DNA from: Antedon mediterranea
Lineage: Eukaryota; Animalia; Echinodermata
Reading direction: 5' to 3'
DNA: 64,000 nt
Assembly: GCF_964355755.1 (NCBI RefSeq)
Contig: NC_092675.1
Coordinates: 26,632,912 to 26,696,911, forward strand
Shown: in pieces, positions 1 through 11,781 of the stretch
How the letters are laid out: each line of letters opens with the position of its first letter
Position numbering within the stretch: the stretch's first letter is position 1
Notes under the pieces: model-generated
What the model was told of the DNA's origin: nothing
What the model saw: the letters and a program-made list of their open reading frames with translations, nothing else
Database searches by the model: none
Translations under genes and position numbers: made by a program

Positions 1-300
1 GCACGAAGGACCAAAAGTACGGATAAGGGGATCACAAGATTGAAGCACAGATGACCAAAAGTACAGATGAGGAATCACACGATTGAAGCACGAATGACCA
101 AAGGTACAGATTGAGGGATCGCAAAAATTGAAGCACGAAGGACCAAAAGTACGGATCACAAGATTGAAGCACGAATGACTAAAAGTACGGACTGAGGGAT
201 CACACGATTGAAGCACGAAGGACCAAAAGTACGGATGAGTGATCACAAAATTGAAGCACGAAGGACCAAAAGTACGGATTGCAAGGTTGAAGCACGATGG
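1..300. repeat. ~42-bp minisatellite (~7 degenerate copies, truncated by window start)
   Basis: The unit attgaagcacgaaggaccaaaagtacggat(gagg)gatcacaag recurs at ~40, 82, 127, 163, 207, 250 and 287 with no unique spacers. It probably lies in an intron of the gene at 772-1852. Confidence 0.9.
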
Positions 301-771
301 CCCACAAGGATCTTGGTGTATAAAACCCCATGATCTTATTTTTGGGAAATTTCGCGACCCAACATTGCGTATTTGATACAGAAACAACCCCCCCCCCCTC
401 CCAATTGGCATCATCTTTACAATGTTCTACATTTGTTCCTAATTTGCTGAAATTTCACATATAGATCCGTGAATATAAAAAGTTTCAGTATCGGAAACAA
501 TTTCGCGACCTGATCAATTGTTTTTTCGCGACCAAAACATTGGGTCGCGACCCATAGGTTGCGGAATGGCGGTCAATAATAATCTCCCATCCACCTTATT
601 TTGCCCTCTTTTCTTCTACTACGACGATTTATTGTGTAAACATAGTTTGTATGTAACATTAAAATGGACTTATTTGTCAGTGGAGAGAATAAGAAAAAAG
701 AAAGACACGAAAACTAATCGTCATTATCAGAAGACGGCAATAGGCCTAATCAATCGAAGCTAAGAACTAAC

Positions 772-1852
772 CTTTCGGATCCATATCTTTGCAGCCACCA
801 AACATGACAGAAGAATTTGAGAAAGTATCGTCACAACAATGGTGGCTAATGTTGAATAGTATAAGGCGTTTACGTTCAAGTCTGCTTTCACAAACAACAC
901 CGCAATATTAACCGTTTGCTGTAATCCCGCAACTTCTAAAATCCCCTGAGAAGTACTTTCGTGTTGGTTGAGAAGTGTTATCTCTTTTGTACCAATCGTC
1001 TTAAAACCAAAACAACTAATTACTATTATTCTAATATGTATTTATTGTGTTTTTAATTCAATAATTGATTTACTTTACATTACCTTATTGGGGGTTTGAG
1101 GCGTAGAATTACCTTCAGTTCTGAAAGACAAAAACGAACCACATTAACGTATTCAGTACCACTACACGTTATAAATCTATGTAATTATTCCTCGCGTTTA
1201 TGTCATTAAGTAGGAACAAAGGTTTAACGAGTTGTGTATTAAGCCCTGTCTACAATATCAAACAGCTTTATGTGACAAAAAAATGTGATGTGCCCATATA
1301 TGGACATGACGATGTCATATCACTACCATATTTGGGTATATCACTACCATATTTAGGCACACACTTTTAATTGTTGTCAAACTAATTTGATAGTGTAGAC
1401 ACCGAGCTTTAGAACCCTTACTCTGCAGTGACAAAAAACGGGGTAGGCCTACATAGGAAATGTTGGCATATTCAGTGTTTTAAAATACCCTCAGATCACT
1501 AACACTATTTATTGACATATTATTATTATAATACATCATTTATATTAGCGGAACATAATCATGAAAAGTCTGTCAAAACATAAAAGACTGAGCATGATAC
1601 AAATTAATTATACAAAATTATGATAATTTAAACAAAACCAATACCAAATGGTTCCATATTACCAGAATAATACACAATTTTCATGATAATGTCATCAAAA
1701 TGAATACAGTATATATGATCATCTTCAAAGGTAATTATTAAATAATCTAAATTATTATATTATTAACTAATTAATAATTATCTGATACCTTACGTTTTAT
1801 CCTGTGTAAGCCGACTAGATTCATCGGGTTGATTCGGAAAATCTTTATCCAT
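772..1852 (-). CDS. Small membrane protein paralog A (ninjurin-like layout), partial; last exon lies off-window
   Basis: Exon 999..772 (ttttaag acceptor, gttagt donor, 76 codons) encodes TIGTKEITLLNQHESTSQGILEVAGLQQTVNIAVLFVKADLNVNALYYSTLATIVVTILSQILLSCLVAAKIWIRK. It is clearly homologous to exon 4483..4262 of paralog B and has the same phase-0 donor after W-[IL]-R-K. A probable first exon is 1852..1794 (MDKDFPNQPDESSRLTQDK, gtaagg donor); the linking micro-exon is uncertain. Confidence 0.7.
1242..1408. mobile_element. Harbinger/Tourist-like MITE, family A
   Basis: Terminal inverted repeat (TIR) AGC(T/C)CTGTCTACA(C)TATCAAAC...TTTGATAGTGTAGACA(..)GAGCT with TTA on both sides. Related copies are at 32479, 42112 and 50993. 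Confidence 0.8.
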
Positions 1853-3316
1853 TTTAATTACCAGTTCGACATTCGAGAAAGGTATGTTTCCTATATTAAA
1901 GTGTCTGTCATTTATACAATGTGAAAGGAAAACCTGCGATTCCTTCCCCATTAGTCCCGAAACAATCCCATCTTCCTGTTTCGTGTTTACAGTATTGGTT
2001 AAACATACTGTATTTCAATAGCAAATTAGCCTGTCATTGATGATTGTATTAAATTTATGTTATTGTGTGTTGGAATAGGGAAATTTTTGGATAAATACAC
2101 AAATGGTATAGCGTATAGTCAAAAATGAAATTATGAAAAGACAAACCCGGATGCAATTTACTTATGCGCGATATAAACCTAGGAGCGTGGTTTCATTTTT
2201 AAACAATTTTAGAATTCTTTATACATAAAGTCACGTGTTAAATATACATATTTCAAGAGTTTAGTTCATTGTCCAGAACCAGTTTATAGGCCTACAAAGC
2301 CTGATTTACTTCAGGATTATCGTTTGTCCAGTTTAAAAAATACCGAGTAGTATGTCCCTAACTAGAATAATGATATTATGGCTAAAAGTTATCGGTAATT
2401 ACTTGAAAGATTGCTGTTAATGATAGTGATATTATCTTATTTACGAAAATATTTTCTCGACTGATTCAAGATTCAAGATTCAATTTTATTTGCCAATTAA
2501 AAATGGAAATTATATGTGTATATTTTCAAACTTTTAAAATTCTAAAATGTATTAATAAAATTATTACTATAAAAAAAATATGTATGCATACTTTAGATAT
2601 ATTATCTAAAACAATAAATATTTTAAATCAACATATAAGAACAAAAGCAAAACTATTATAAACATTACTTTATACTGGCTCCAATAATTAGTTAAAATAT
2701 ACAATTGCTATAAAGTAGGCCTAATCTAATGTTACAACAAGCCGGCTAAATCAAGTATCCATTGCGTAATCAAATCATTATCTTCATCATCACTGTAATC
2801 GTCATCAATATTAGCCCTACATGATATTTTGTTCAAATTATTGGTATAAAAAGTTCAGTTCAGAACTATTAAACGAACGTCAAACCGCCGTCAATACATT
2901 GTACTTATATAAATCAAGATCTGAGATCTTAACAGTATGTATTTGTAGTACAAAAAATATAACAATATGTCTATAGCACATTTTATTTATTCTTTTTTTT
3001 AGTATAAAAATAAGTCAGCCAAAAAATGTTGCATTGCACAAATGTAAAATTAGTATTAAAGACATTACAAACAATTATACAAAAACATTGAAAAGAGTAG
3101 AATTACATTATTTACAATCACAATAAATTGCAGAACATCTAAGAACACATTTTTACATACAAGCAAGTTGGACCTACCCTAGAGAATATGGCCTACCGCC
3201 CCCACTCCGTACTACTTAAACTACAAGACAGGTTCGACCGAGACATACATAAATTGGGCTGTCTGGTTAGTTGATATTGTGAAGCATTAATTAGGCCTAA
3301 TTAATCGGGATTAATA

Positions 3317-3396
3317 CAGTGGAGACACTCCTTTTGGACACCCTTATTACGGGAACATTTTTTGGGGGTCCCATATCTCTCTTTAGGGGTTATACT
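3317..3396. mobile_element. Degenerate pogo/Tigger-like MITE remnant
   Basis: TA|CAGT...ACTG|TA ends with internal ggacacc/gggtccc motifs. Similar decayed pieces lie near 4874-5024 and 45440-45577. Confidence 0.4.
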
Positions 3397-3547
3397 GTAA
3401 CTGTCATTGTATTTCGGTACAAAGGGTCAACGTCCGATTTATGCTGTTTTCTATGCCATCGAATCGTCACATTTCAACGTTGTTCAGTATGTTTTTTTTA
3501 ATTAAATTTAGATAGCATATTGATTGTGCTATTATTTAATATAAACA

Positions 3548-5648
3548 TTATGCCGTCACATTTGCCCCTACTCCATCAGGCATTGTAATATGATTGTTTG
3601 TTGTAGTTAAACCCGACATTCCAAGTAGTATTGTAGTTAAAATACCTATAAACAATACTAGAATAAATGATAACAGATCCAGTGTTTTAAGTCGCCGCAG
3701 AAGTTTACTACTTGTATTTATTTTGTGGCTCAATGGATTTTGCTTCAGCAGACGACTAACTCTGTCCTGTTCAGTCTAAAAAAAAAATTATAATTTGATT
3801 AAGTACTGAGAGATGTGACATGAGAACAATTTGATTATGATCATATTAAAAATAGTGCAGTAATGATATAAACAACATGGCACCCTCTTTTTTTTAAACA
3901 TATTTAATGAGGGTGATCCATCCAGCTATTGCTGATTATTAGGAACCCTCAGAGGTTCACAAGACAAACATATACACAAGATGCTCTACATAAACAAAGT
4001 CTTATTACAAGACTTTGGGAGTTGAGTTGCAATTTTGTCCTTAGAAAAAATTCTGACATGTGACGGGACTTAAACCTAGGACCCTTGGAGTAGTAGCCAA
4101 ACATCATAACCACCAAGCCACAAATCCACTCTGAACTATCCAATAAGTTCCTATTTTCAAAGCATCAGTACAATACCAAATAGTCATTCTGGCGAATGTA
4201 CATGAGGGCGGCCTCATTTTTTAGAACCACAACCAAGTTTAAATACAACAAATAAACAAACCTTGCGTAACCATACTTTTGTTGCCACTACGCAGGCTAA
4301 AAATATTTCTGCAACTATACACAAGTATATTGTAACATGAGTAGCTATAATAACCCAGGAACCATCAGTAAACCCTGCTTTGAGAAACAACACTAATATG
4401 TTGATTGTCTGCTGTAGTCCAACTACTTGTAAAATTTCTTGAGACGTATTTTCTAAATTACTGATTCCTTCCACCTCTTCAGTCTGCAAAAGAATAGACA
4501 TTCAATAAATAATTTAGGCCTAATGATGTACGACCCACAAACCCAAACAAAAACAACAAATTGTTATGTAATGTTTATTAAATAATACTATTTATGTTAA
4601 TATGAATGTACTATTATAGTATTTTCTTATACTACTATTTTAATTTTTTGAATACTATATGCCTACCTACTAAACTATACCGTAAATATTACGAAACACT
4701 AAAAAACTGAAGACGGCGAAAACTTAATTTGGTATTTTCTAGAAAGAGAGTGGACAAGACTTTGAGATGTTTATAAGCATCTCAAAGTCTAGTCCACTCT
4801 CTTAAACGGATCCCTAACCTAACCAGCCCACCACATTCCCCAGTACGGTACTTCGTATAAGGCCCGGCCTACACAGTACATCCCCTCTTTTATGGCACCT
4901 CTATATATGAGAGGACACTTTTACGAACGAAGTGGCAATAATAGTTTATGTTGTAACACAGCTATCACATATTCAAGGAACACTTTGTTTGGGTCCCGAA
5001 TGTTTTACCTTAGTAAGCTGTTGTATTTCAAAATGTTAGTTCAGTCATAACATACAGTGTGTTCTGATCTCTGATAGGCCTAAACTTAAATAAAATTGTA
5101 TAGGCCTACACATTACAAAATATAAATAAAATATACTCACAGCTATTGAATCCGATTCGTCAGTACTACTACCTTTACTACTCGAGTTCGAGTTATCATC
5201 GTTATTTTCATCATTATTGTTGTCAGCTCTGTTATGCTCCTTTCTACATAGAATAAACATCAAATAAAAAAAAAAAACATAAAAATACAAAATAAGCCAG
5301 GTATAAACATCGTAATTTTTCTAAATAATGCTGTTTAAAGAACAAAATATCGCTAAATTGTGCAGTAAGGTAAAAGGAATAAAAAAAAAAACTGGTCTCA
5401 CAACTGTTGCTTTTCTTGCCCATCCTATCAGGGTATGTGTTATTCAATTCGAACCGTAAGGGATCCGGATGAAATGGTGTGCCCTCCGCGGTTATGAAGG
5501 TGACGATTAAGATAATGTAAAAATCCAATAGTTGCGTGTATTTATACCGAGCCGTGTTCCTTAATTTTTCGGTAAAATGTATGGGTGAACGACCGGGGAA
5601 AAAACACAAATTTTGTTTAATTACTTACATTTCAGCTTCCACCACCAT
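3548..5648 (-). CDS. Small membrane protein paralog B, 190 aa, 4 exons (ninjurin-like layout)
   Basis: Exons 5648..5629, 5243..5141, 4483..4262 and 3775..3548 have GT-AG boundaries and join in frame (phases 2,0,0). Protein: MVVEAEIKEHNRADNNNDENNDDNSNSSSKGSSTDESDSIA-TEEVEGISNLENTSQEILQVVGLQQTINILVLFLKAGFTDGSWVIIATHVTIYLCIVAEIFLACVVATKVWLRK-TEQDRVSRLLKQNPLSHKINTSSKLLRRLKTLDLLSFILVLFIGILTTILLGMSGLTTTNNHITMPDGVGANVTA*. The family assignment is inference. Confidence 0.8.
3901..4131 (-). mobile_element. tRNA-derived SINE
   Basis: The minus-strand head has A-box-like TGGCTTGGTGG and B-box-like GGTTTAAGTCC. A second dispersed copy is at 52026-52240. Confidence 0.75.
4745..4802. repeat. 58-bp near-perfect hairpin (mini-MITE)
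   Basis: agagagtggacaagactttgagatgtt-tat-aagcatctcaaagtctagtccactctct; the ~27-bp arms have 2 mismatches. Confidence 0.75.
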
Positions 5649-8600
5649 TTTGTGCCAATTGTTCACGTTCGTGTGCCTACTGTTGGCTTATCGGTTTCAG
5701 TTACTTTTAAATAAAGGGAGCTAAAACCATATGATTGAATGATGATGATATGATGATTTATATATGCCTATTGACAGGAATACAAGGTCATTGTGATTGG
5801 TCGTCCTCACTTCACGTAATAGTAGAAGGAAATATGGCGCATGAGCATTACTTACATCACAGGGAAATAGTAGTGTATCTTGTTTTCTGTTGTATCAAGT
5901 ATAAAGGAAATTACCAAATAAAGTCATTCTCAATTAACTGTTACCTGATATAATAATGATCCTAAGAACCATTTTTGGATTTTCTGAATTTCAGTTTATT
6001 GAACACCTTTAATTGTATATAGTAGGTCCTAGACTGTGTTTTCACTTAACATTAGTATAAAGATAAATGTTTGGCACATAATATGGCGTTTTAAACGTAT
6101 ACTTGATCTCGACAAAAATGTCGATGAATTGAATTGAATTGAAAGATTGAATTGATTTATTATCGTTCTTTTTTAAATGTAAATTGCCATAATTGTCATT
6201 AATTTGAGGGATTCCGTAGCTATATTCAAGATTTATTTTTAAAAAATATTCGAGGGAATACTAGAAATACTTAGTATTTATAAGGAAATATCGGCCTTTA
6301 GACCATGCGCTTATTTTTCTTGAGACCACCAAACGCAATACGACTTTGAATTATACTTAGAATATTGGTTCAAATGCAAATGGAATAGTGGTTATTGTGG
6401 GCGGATGGATGAATAGGGAAACGGACAGGCTGGGCCTAACAATATTGTACAAAAAAGTATAAGTGAAATTATTTGTTTATTTACAACTAGAATAGTTGAT
6501 AGATGATTTGAGAGTTGAAAATAACAGATACGGTATTTCTGTGTCGTCAAAACTAATGTTAATGGTAATTGTCGAATTTATAGGGTTTAATAAGATGTGT
6601 GTGGCTATTTATAGACCACCATAGTACTGTGGTATAATATAGGCCTATTGAAATCTGTTCAAATGTGGCTCTGAAAATGAAACTAAGCATCTTCGGGCGG
6701 TAATTCATTGTGGTATTTCATAGCAATTTACTACTAATTTTGGCTTGAACGGATGAAGGAAATCATAATATTATATAGTTTCAATTTGAATGTTATTTTA
6801 TCTAATTTAGATTTTCATTTTCAATCAGGATGTGGTTGTATTTGTTAGGGCATTGACCATCTTGGTGGATGGGAGATTTATCAAATGTACTTACAAGAAT
6901 ATTGTGAATGTTGTGTTAGTTTCCGTCTAAGTGCATAATTAGCCTGGTTCAGTGTTCGCATCCGGGATACTGAAAGGTGATTTAAGGGATGGAAGGGGAA
7001 GAAGAAGATGATGATGTTTGAGAAAGGTTTAAAAATATTTTATAATAAAGTAGTAATAAACTTTACCCAACACCGTCACTAAGAAAAAGATGTTATTCAG
7101 ACTAGAGCACATATCTATACTTAAATAGCTTCCTGCATTGGTGAATGCAATTCTTGGAAAACTACAAACTATGATACTATTTATGTCTTTCTCAACAGGT
7201 GGTATCAGATTCAGGTAATATTGACGTAATATTGAGTCGGAAATATAATATTTTATTTCCTTCTGTTTTCATTTTAAATACAGTAATTACAGTTATCGAG
7301 TAGTCGACCGATGTTTAAATGTTCATAATTTAATTTCAACATAATATTTTTTATTTTATTTTATTTTATTCAATTTCCAGGTAACATACAAAAATCATAA
7401 ACAAGGTACGGCATCATTCAAAAAACAGAACAAAAGTACTATCAGCACCTGCGGGTACCAAAAGTGGATCAGTTCAAAAGAACATAACATTTATATAGCG
7501 TTTTTACAATGAACAAAGCGCTTTACAATAACCTAAGACTAAGATACAGTATTTGGTATTGTAAAACACTGATATATAATTTAAAATAAGCCCAGAACAG
7601 AGTATTTTCACAATAATGCCTTAAATTGGCCGTTTGATATTAAGAAATAGGTTTGTATCTCATTGACATGAGATTAAGGAAGTATAGTAAGCATACCCAA
7701 TTTGTTCGTTTCCATTTTACGAGTATCAATTCATGTCATAAATAGTTGTTTTTTAGTATTTCTTTTTTTAAACAATATCCTGTTTACTCGAAAGACATAC
7801 TGAAGGCCTACGTCTATCTTCAATATACAGCAGCATGCAGTATTGCATCTGTGACAAGCAACATTCGTCCCACATTGCTGACACATAATGTTGCAGCCTG
7901 TTTTGCAGTTTGGAGACTTAGATGTTAACATTGGTTTGTAAGAAGGATATACGTATTCGACATAAACTCTACATATCAACGTTTTGAAAATCTCTACTGT
8001 TAAAAATGCTAAGATATTATCGTTCATGACCAAATGGCAGAATTCAATCGACTTTTTTGCTTAACCTAATAAGAAGCTGGGTAACAGACCAAAACATAAT
8101 ATTATGATCATATGTTCAAAGCATGACATTTTTCGCATACTTAAAGGCGTCTTATAATTATGACCATTTTCTATATAGAACATAACCATAGATCATGTTT
8201 GTTGATTGTCTTAGTACCGTACAGTTGGAATTTCAGAAGTTTGTAGTACTTTTTTTTAATGTGTGACGCGCTAAGCATATGAATTATCATGACATTTACA
8301 TATTAAATTTACATATCACATTATTATTGTTATAAACAGAACAAAATCAACTCTCAATGCAAATTTCAGAAACAATAATTTTATTTAATGTTTAATATAG
8401 AATTTAAGTATTAACAATAAGCATGGTTGCCAAAAAGTCTAATTTAATTTAGCTTTTTTTACATCTACAAAAAATTTTTAAATATATAAACACGCTTCAA
8501 TTATTTGCAAAATTAAGAATAAGGTTAATGATTGAATACTTCCACTAGCCTATAATTATGTTTAATATTGGGAAAGTTAAACTAAACAAAATGGACTTCC

Positions 8601-8947
8601 TAAGACACAACTACGAAAGCAAAATAATGCATTTAATATATACATGATATTGTTGAATGAAATTGAATAAAAGTGGTGCATGCCACAAAAAAAGCAAAGT
8701 TATAGAATTCACGCACAGAGAGTTACAATAAAACATGTTAATTTTGGTGAAATATATAAGATAACATGAACATAACTAAAACATATCATCAGAATATTAG
8801 AGTATATAATGTAATTTCATCAGGGTTCCTATCCAAATAAAAGCTAAAAATATATGTTATTATTCCTTCGTTTTTGTCAAATACAATTCACATTTATAAA
8901 GAAAAAATGGTATGTTATGTATCTGTTAGATATTGTAGGTTGACTGT

Positions 8948-10665
8948 TTAGTAATTAAATATTTTAACACTGTTATCATCATAATCAATTACTGCTATTG
9001 TTTGTGGTCTGTTGGAAATGACAGCGATTCCAAGTGGTTCTGGTAGTCTATCTTCAATACTATCTATTCGTTTTAAGAAAACACCATTGTTATCAAATAA
9101 TTGTAGTTTATACATACTGGATATTATTATACTTCCATTCATGTCCATTTCTATACCACGGGGGTTCATAACTTTCCCATCTTTATCACCTTTACTTACT
9201 ATTGTTCTAATAAACATACCATTTGAATCAAACATTTGTATTCTATGATTATCAAAATCTGTAACCATCAAATTACCTTCCCTGGTTAAAGTGACATCAA
9301 TTGGATAATCAAATTGTTTTCTTATTTCACCCAACTGGCTACCATCATCAATGTTAAATTTAAAAACACTATTACCTATACTGTCTACAACAAACAAAAC
9401 CCGTGTTTCATCGTTTACTGTCAGCCCATTCGGGTATTTTAATATTCCTTTACCAAATTGAGCGCACTCTTCAAATTTATCATTAAGCATCACAACAATA
9501 TTTCTTTGTAGGCCTACATCACAGTACACAATGTGACCATTACCCATGTTATGTATGCTACGAACCTTTGCATTTTGTGCCAGTATAATATTGGCAACAA
9601 ATTCACCTAATTTGTTGAATTTCAATAACTCATTACCAATGCTTGATACTAATATACAACCATCTGAGCCTAATGTTACATCTGTTACTTTGTATTCAGT
9701 ATATTTGTGTGCTTCAATGGTACGAACAAGCCCCAGTGGTTCCACTTTGATCTTCACAGGTGAACCTTTAAAGTGTGCTACTCCAGCCATGACCTCAACC
9801 CTCTTATCACCTTCCTTATCACATCTTCCCTTTATTGTATACTCTCCACTTCCCATGTCTTCTACCTCAGTGGCAGTTTTTTCACCTGATGCAGATATCA
9901 GAGTAGCGGCTACTTTACATTTATCACTTTTATCCAGACATTCTGTTTTCACTACAAATGTTTGTCCCTTTGATACTGTATGGATCTATCATCTTTGTCA
10001 ATGATGAACCTGCTATCAATACTTATGATTTCACCAAGGCCTTTTGTAGTGAGAACATCATCCAAATGTTTATTTATAATGAACATTGGTTCAATGTATT
10101 TCATTGGTAAATACCTGGAATACATTTCCTTCAAGGATTGTTTAACTTGTTCTAAATCTGACTTAAATTCATCAAGTGCCTTTGTCTTTTCTGGTTTGTT
10201 CTTCGTTTTAGTAACCGATGGCTTCACACCTTGCACTTCCATTTGGTGTGTGATTCTAGCTCCATCACTTGACGCTCAATGGCCCCATTCTTTTGCTGAC
10301 GTACATTTTCTAGATCCAACAATACTTTTCTACTTTCTTCTTTCACACTAGAAATAATCATTAATGCGTTTCAATAACTCCTTTAATCGTCTGTACCTCT
10401 GATTCAAAATTTGCTTTGTCATCCATTATAGAATGAAATGTAGTTTCTAGTTCTTTCTTGATATCATCAGCTGACAGAATAAGTTCGGTTACTCGTTTAT
10501 TAATTGCATCTATAGCATCACTGATTTGTGTAAAATCATGATCTGATTTGTAACAATTAACTCATAAAACATTTCTTACATACACTTTTTGTTACAAGTT
10601 TTACAAAATCTTTCTACTGTGTTTTCTGGATGGTCTTGACATCTTCCTTGTACTTGACTTGACAT
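8948..10665 (-). pseudogene. B-box/coiled-coil/filamin/NHL (TRIM2/3-like) copy 1, frameshifted
   Basis: Colinear with the intact copy 2 but has indels near 9980, 10250, 10360, 10560 and 10620. The filamin and NHL part stays open (ORF 8948..9952). Confidence 0.85.
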
Positions 10666-10854
10666 CTGCAAATTTAAACATTCATTTTTAGTATGCAAAC
10701 ATTTTTGTATTAATTAGTTGTTTTAGTTTCATAATTTAATAATAAACACACTTTTGGGACTCTACTTTCAAAACCATTTTAACTAGTCTAGCAAAACTGC
10801 AGACCATACACAAAGTCGGTGTGTAGTTGAATGACAGTTATTTGCAAACTGGTT

Positions 10855-11050
10855 TTATACGGCCATACTGCGACATCGGTTCTCGTCAAATCACCGGAGT
10901 AAGAAACGTTAGATCGGGTTGCATCCTGGATGGGAGACTGTCGAATGGCGTCGGGTGCTATATATACACCGGGAAGTAAGGTGTAATGGCAATATCAAAC
11001 AAGTGATAGGCATGAGTTCGAGCCTCTGTACCATACTGATTGAATCCTTA
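10855..11050 (+). mobile_element. 5S rRNA-headed SINE (5' part), copy 1
   Basis: Contains 5S-like blocks TACGGCCATAC, CTCGTC, GGATGGGAGAC and CGGGTGCT in 5S order and spacing, followed by a tRNA-like GAGTTCGAGCC. It is cut by a MITE at 11051. Confidence 0.7.
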
Positions 11051-11781
11051 AGCCGATTTTCCACTAGGCAAATTTGTTCGCGCGAATCCAACGTTTCGAA
11101 GAGAAAGAAATCGCTTACTCTCTTTCTCCACTACATGAGCGAATAGCTGTGACGTTCAAGTTCCTCGCGTGGCTGCTGAGCTTTTCAATTCGCATGAGTG
11201 CTCATGAAAGTGTCGTAGCTCATTTCCTGAGCTCTGATTGGCTGCGCAAAATTTCGCTTCGCAAAAGGTAGAAAGCGTCATGCTATGCGCATGCGTATTC
11301 AAGTTTCTGTCTGTCATACTCCCTTCTGCGACGAATTCTTGTTCCTTTGATTTTTCGCTTCAGCGAAATTTACTAGTTCGAATTGTTTCTACTTTTTGCG
11401 AAGCGAAATATTGCGCAACCAGGAAATGAGCTATGACGCTTTCATGAGCACTCGTGCGAATCGAAATGCTCAGCAACCACGCGAGGAACATGAACGTTGC
11501 AGCTATTCGCTTTATGTAGTGGAAAGAGAGTAGGCGATTTTGTTCTCTTTGAAACGTTGGATTCGCGCGAACAAATTCGCCTAATGGAAAATCGGCTTTA
11601 GAACATAGTCAATAGAAAGTATTGACTATGATTAGAACTAGTAAATTTCGCTGCAGCGAAAAATCAAAGGAACTAGAATTCGTCGCAGAAGGGAGTATGA
11701 CAGACAGATTCTGGAATACGCATGGGCATAGCATGACGCTTTCGATTCGCGCGAACAAATTCGCCTAGTGAAAAATCGGCC
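11051..11781. mobile_element. Composite palindromic Harbinger-like MITEs
   Basis: TIR AGCCGATTTTCCACTAGGC(G/A)AATTTGTTCGCGCGAATC at 11051 is inverted at ..11597 (TTA both sides) and again at ..11781. The arms 11051-11271/11386-11597 and 11268-11380/11631-11781 are reverse complements. Confidence 0.85.

Noticed and set aside
5244-5609. 121-aa ORF with a signal-peptide-like stretch
   Set aside because: It lies in intron 1 of paralog B, and splicing from its GTGAG donor creates an immediate TAA.
6828-8033. Possible plus-strand exons (6828.., 7199-7214) and the Cys-rich ORF 7731..8033
   Set aside because: I could not assemble a continuous frame or recognise a domain; non-coding exons cannot be excluded.
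10855-10965. Functional 5S rRNA gene
   Set aside because: Too diverged, with deletions and no oligo-T terminator, and it continues into a SINE body.
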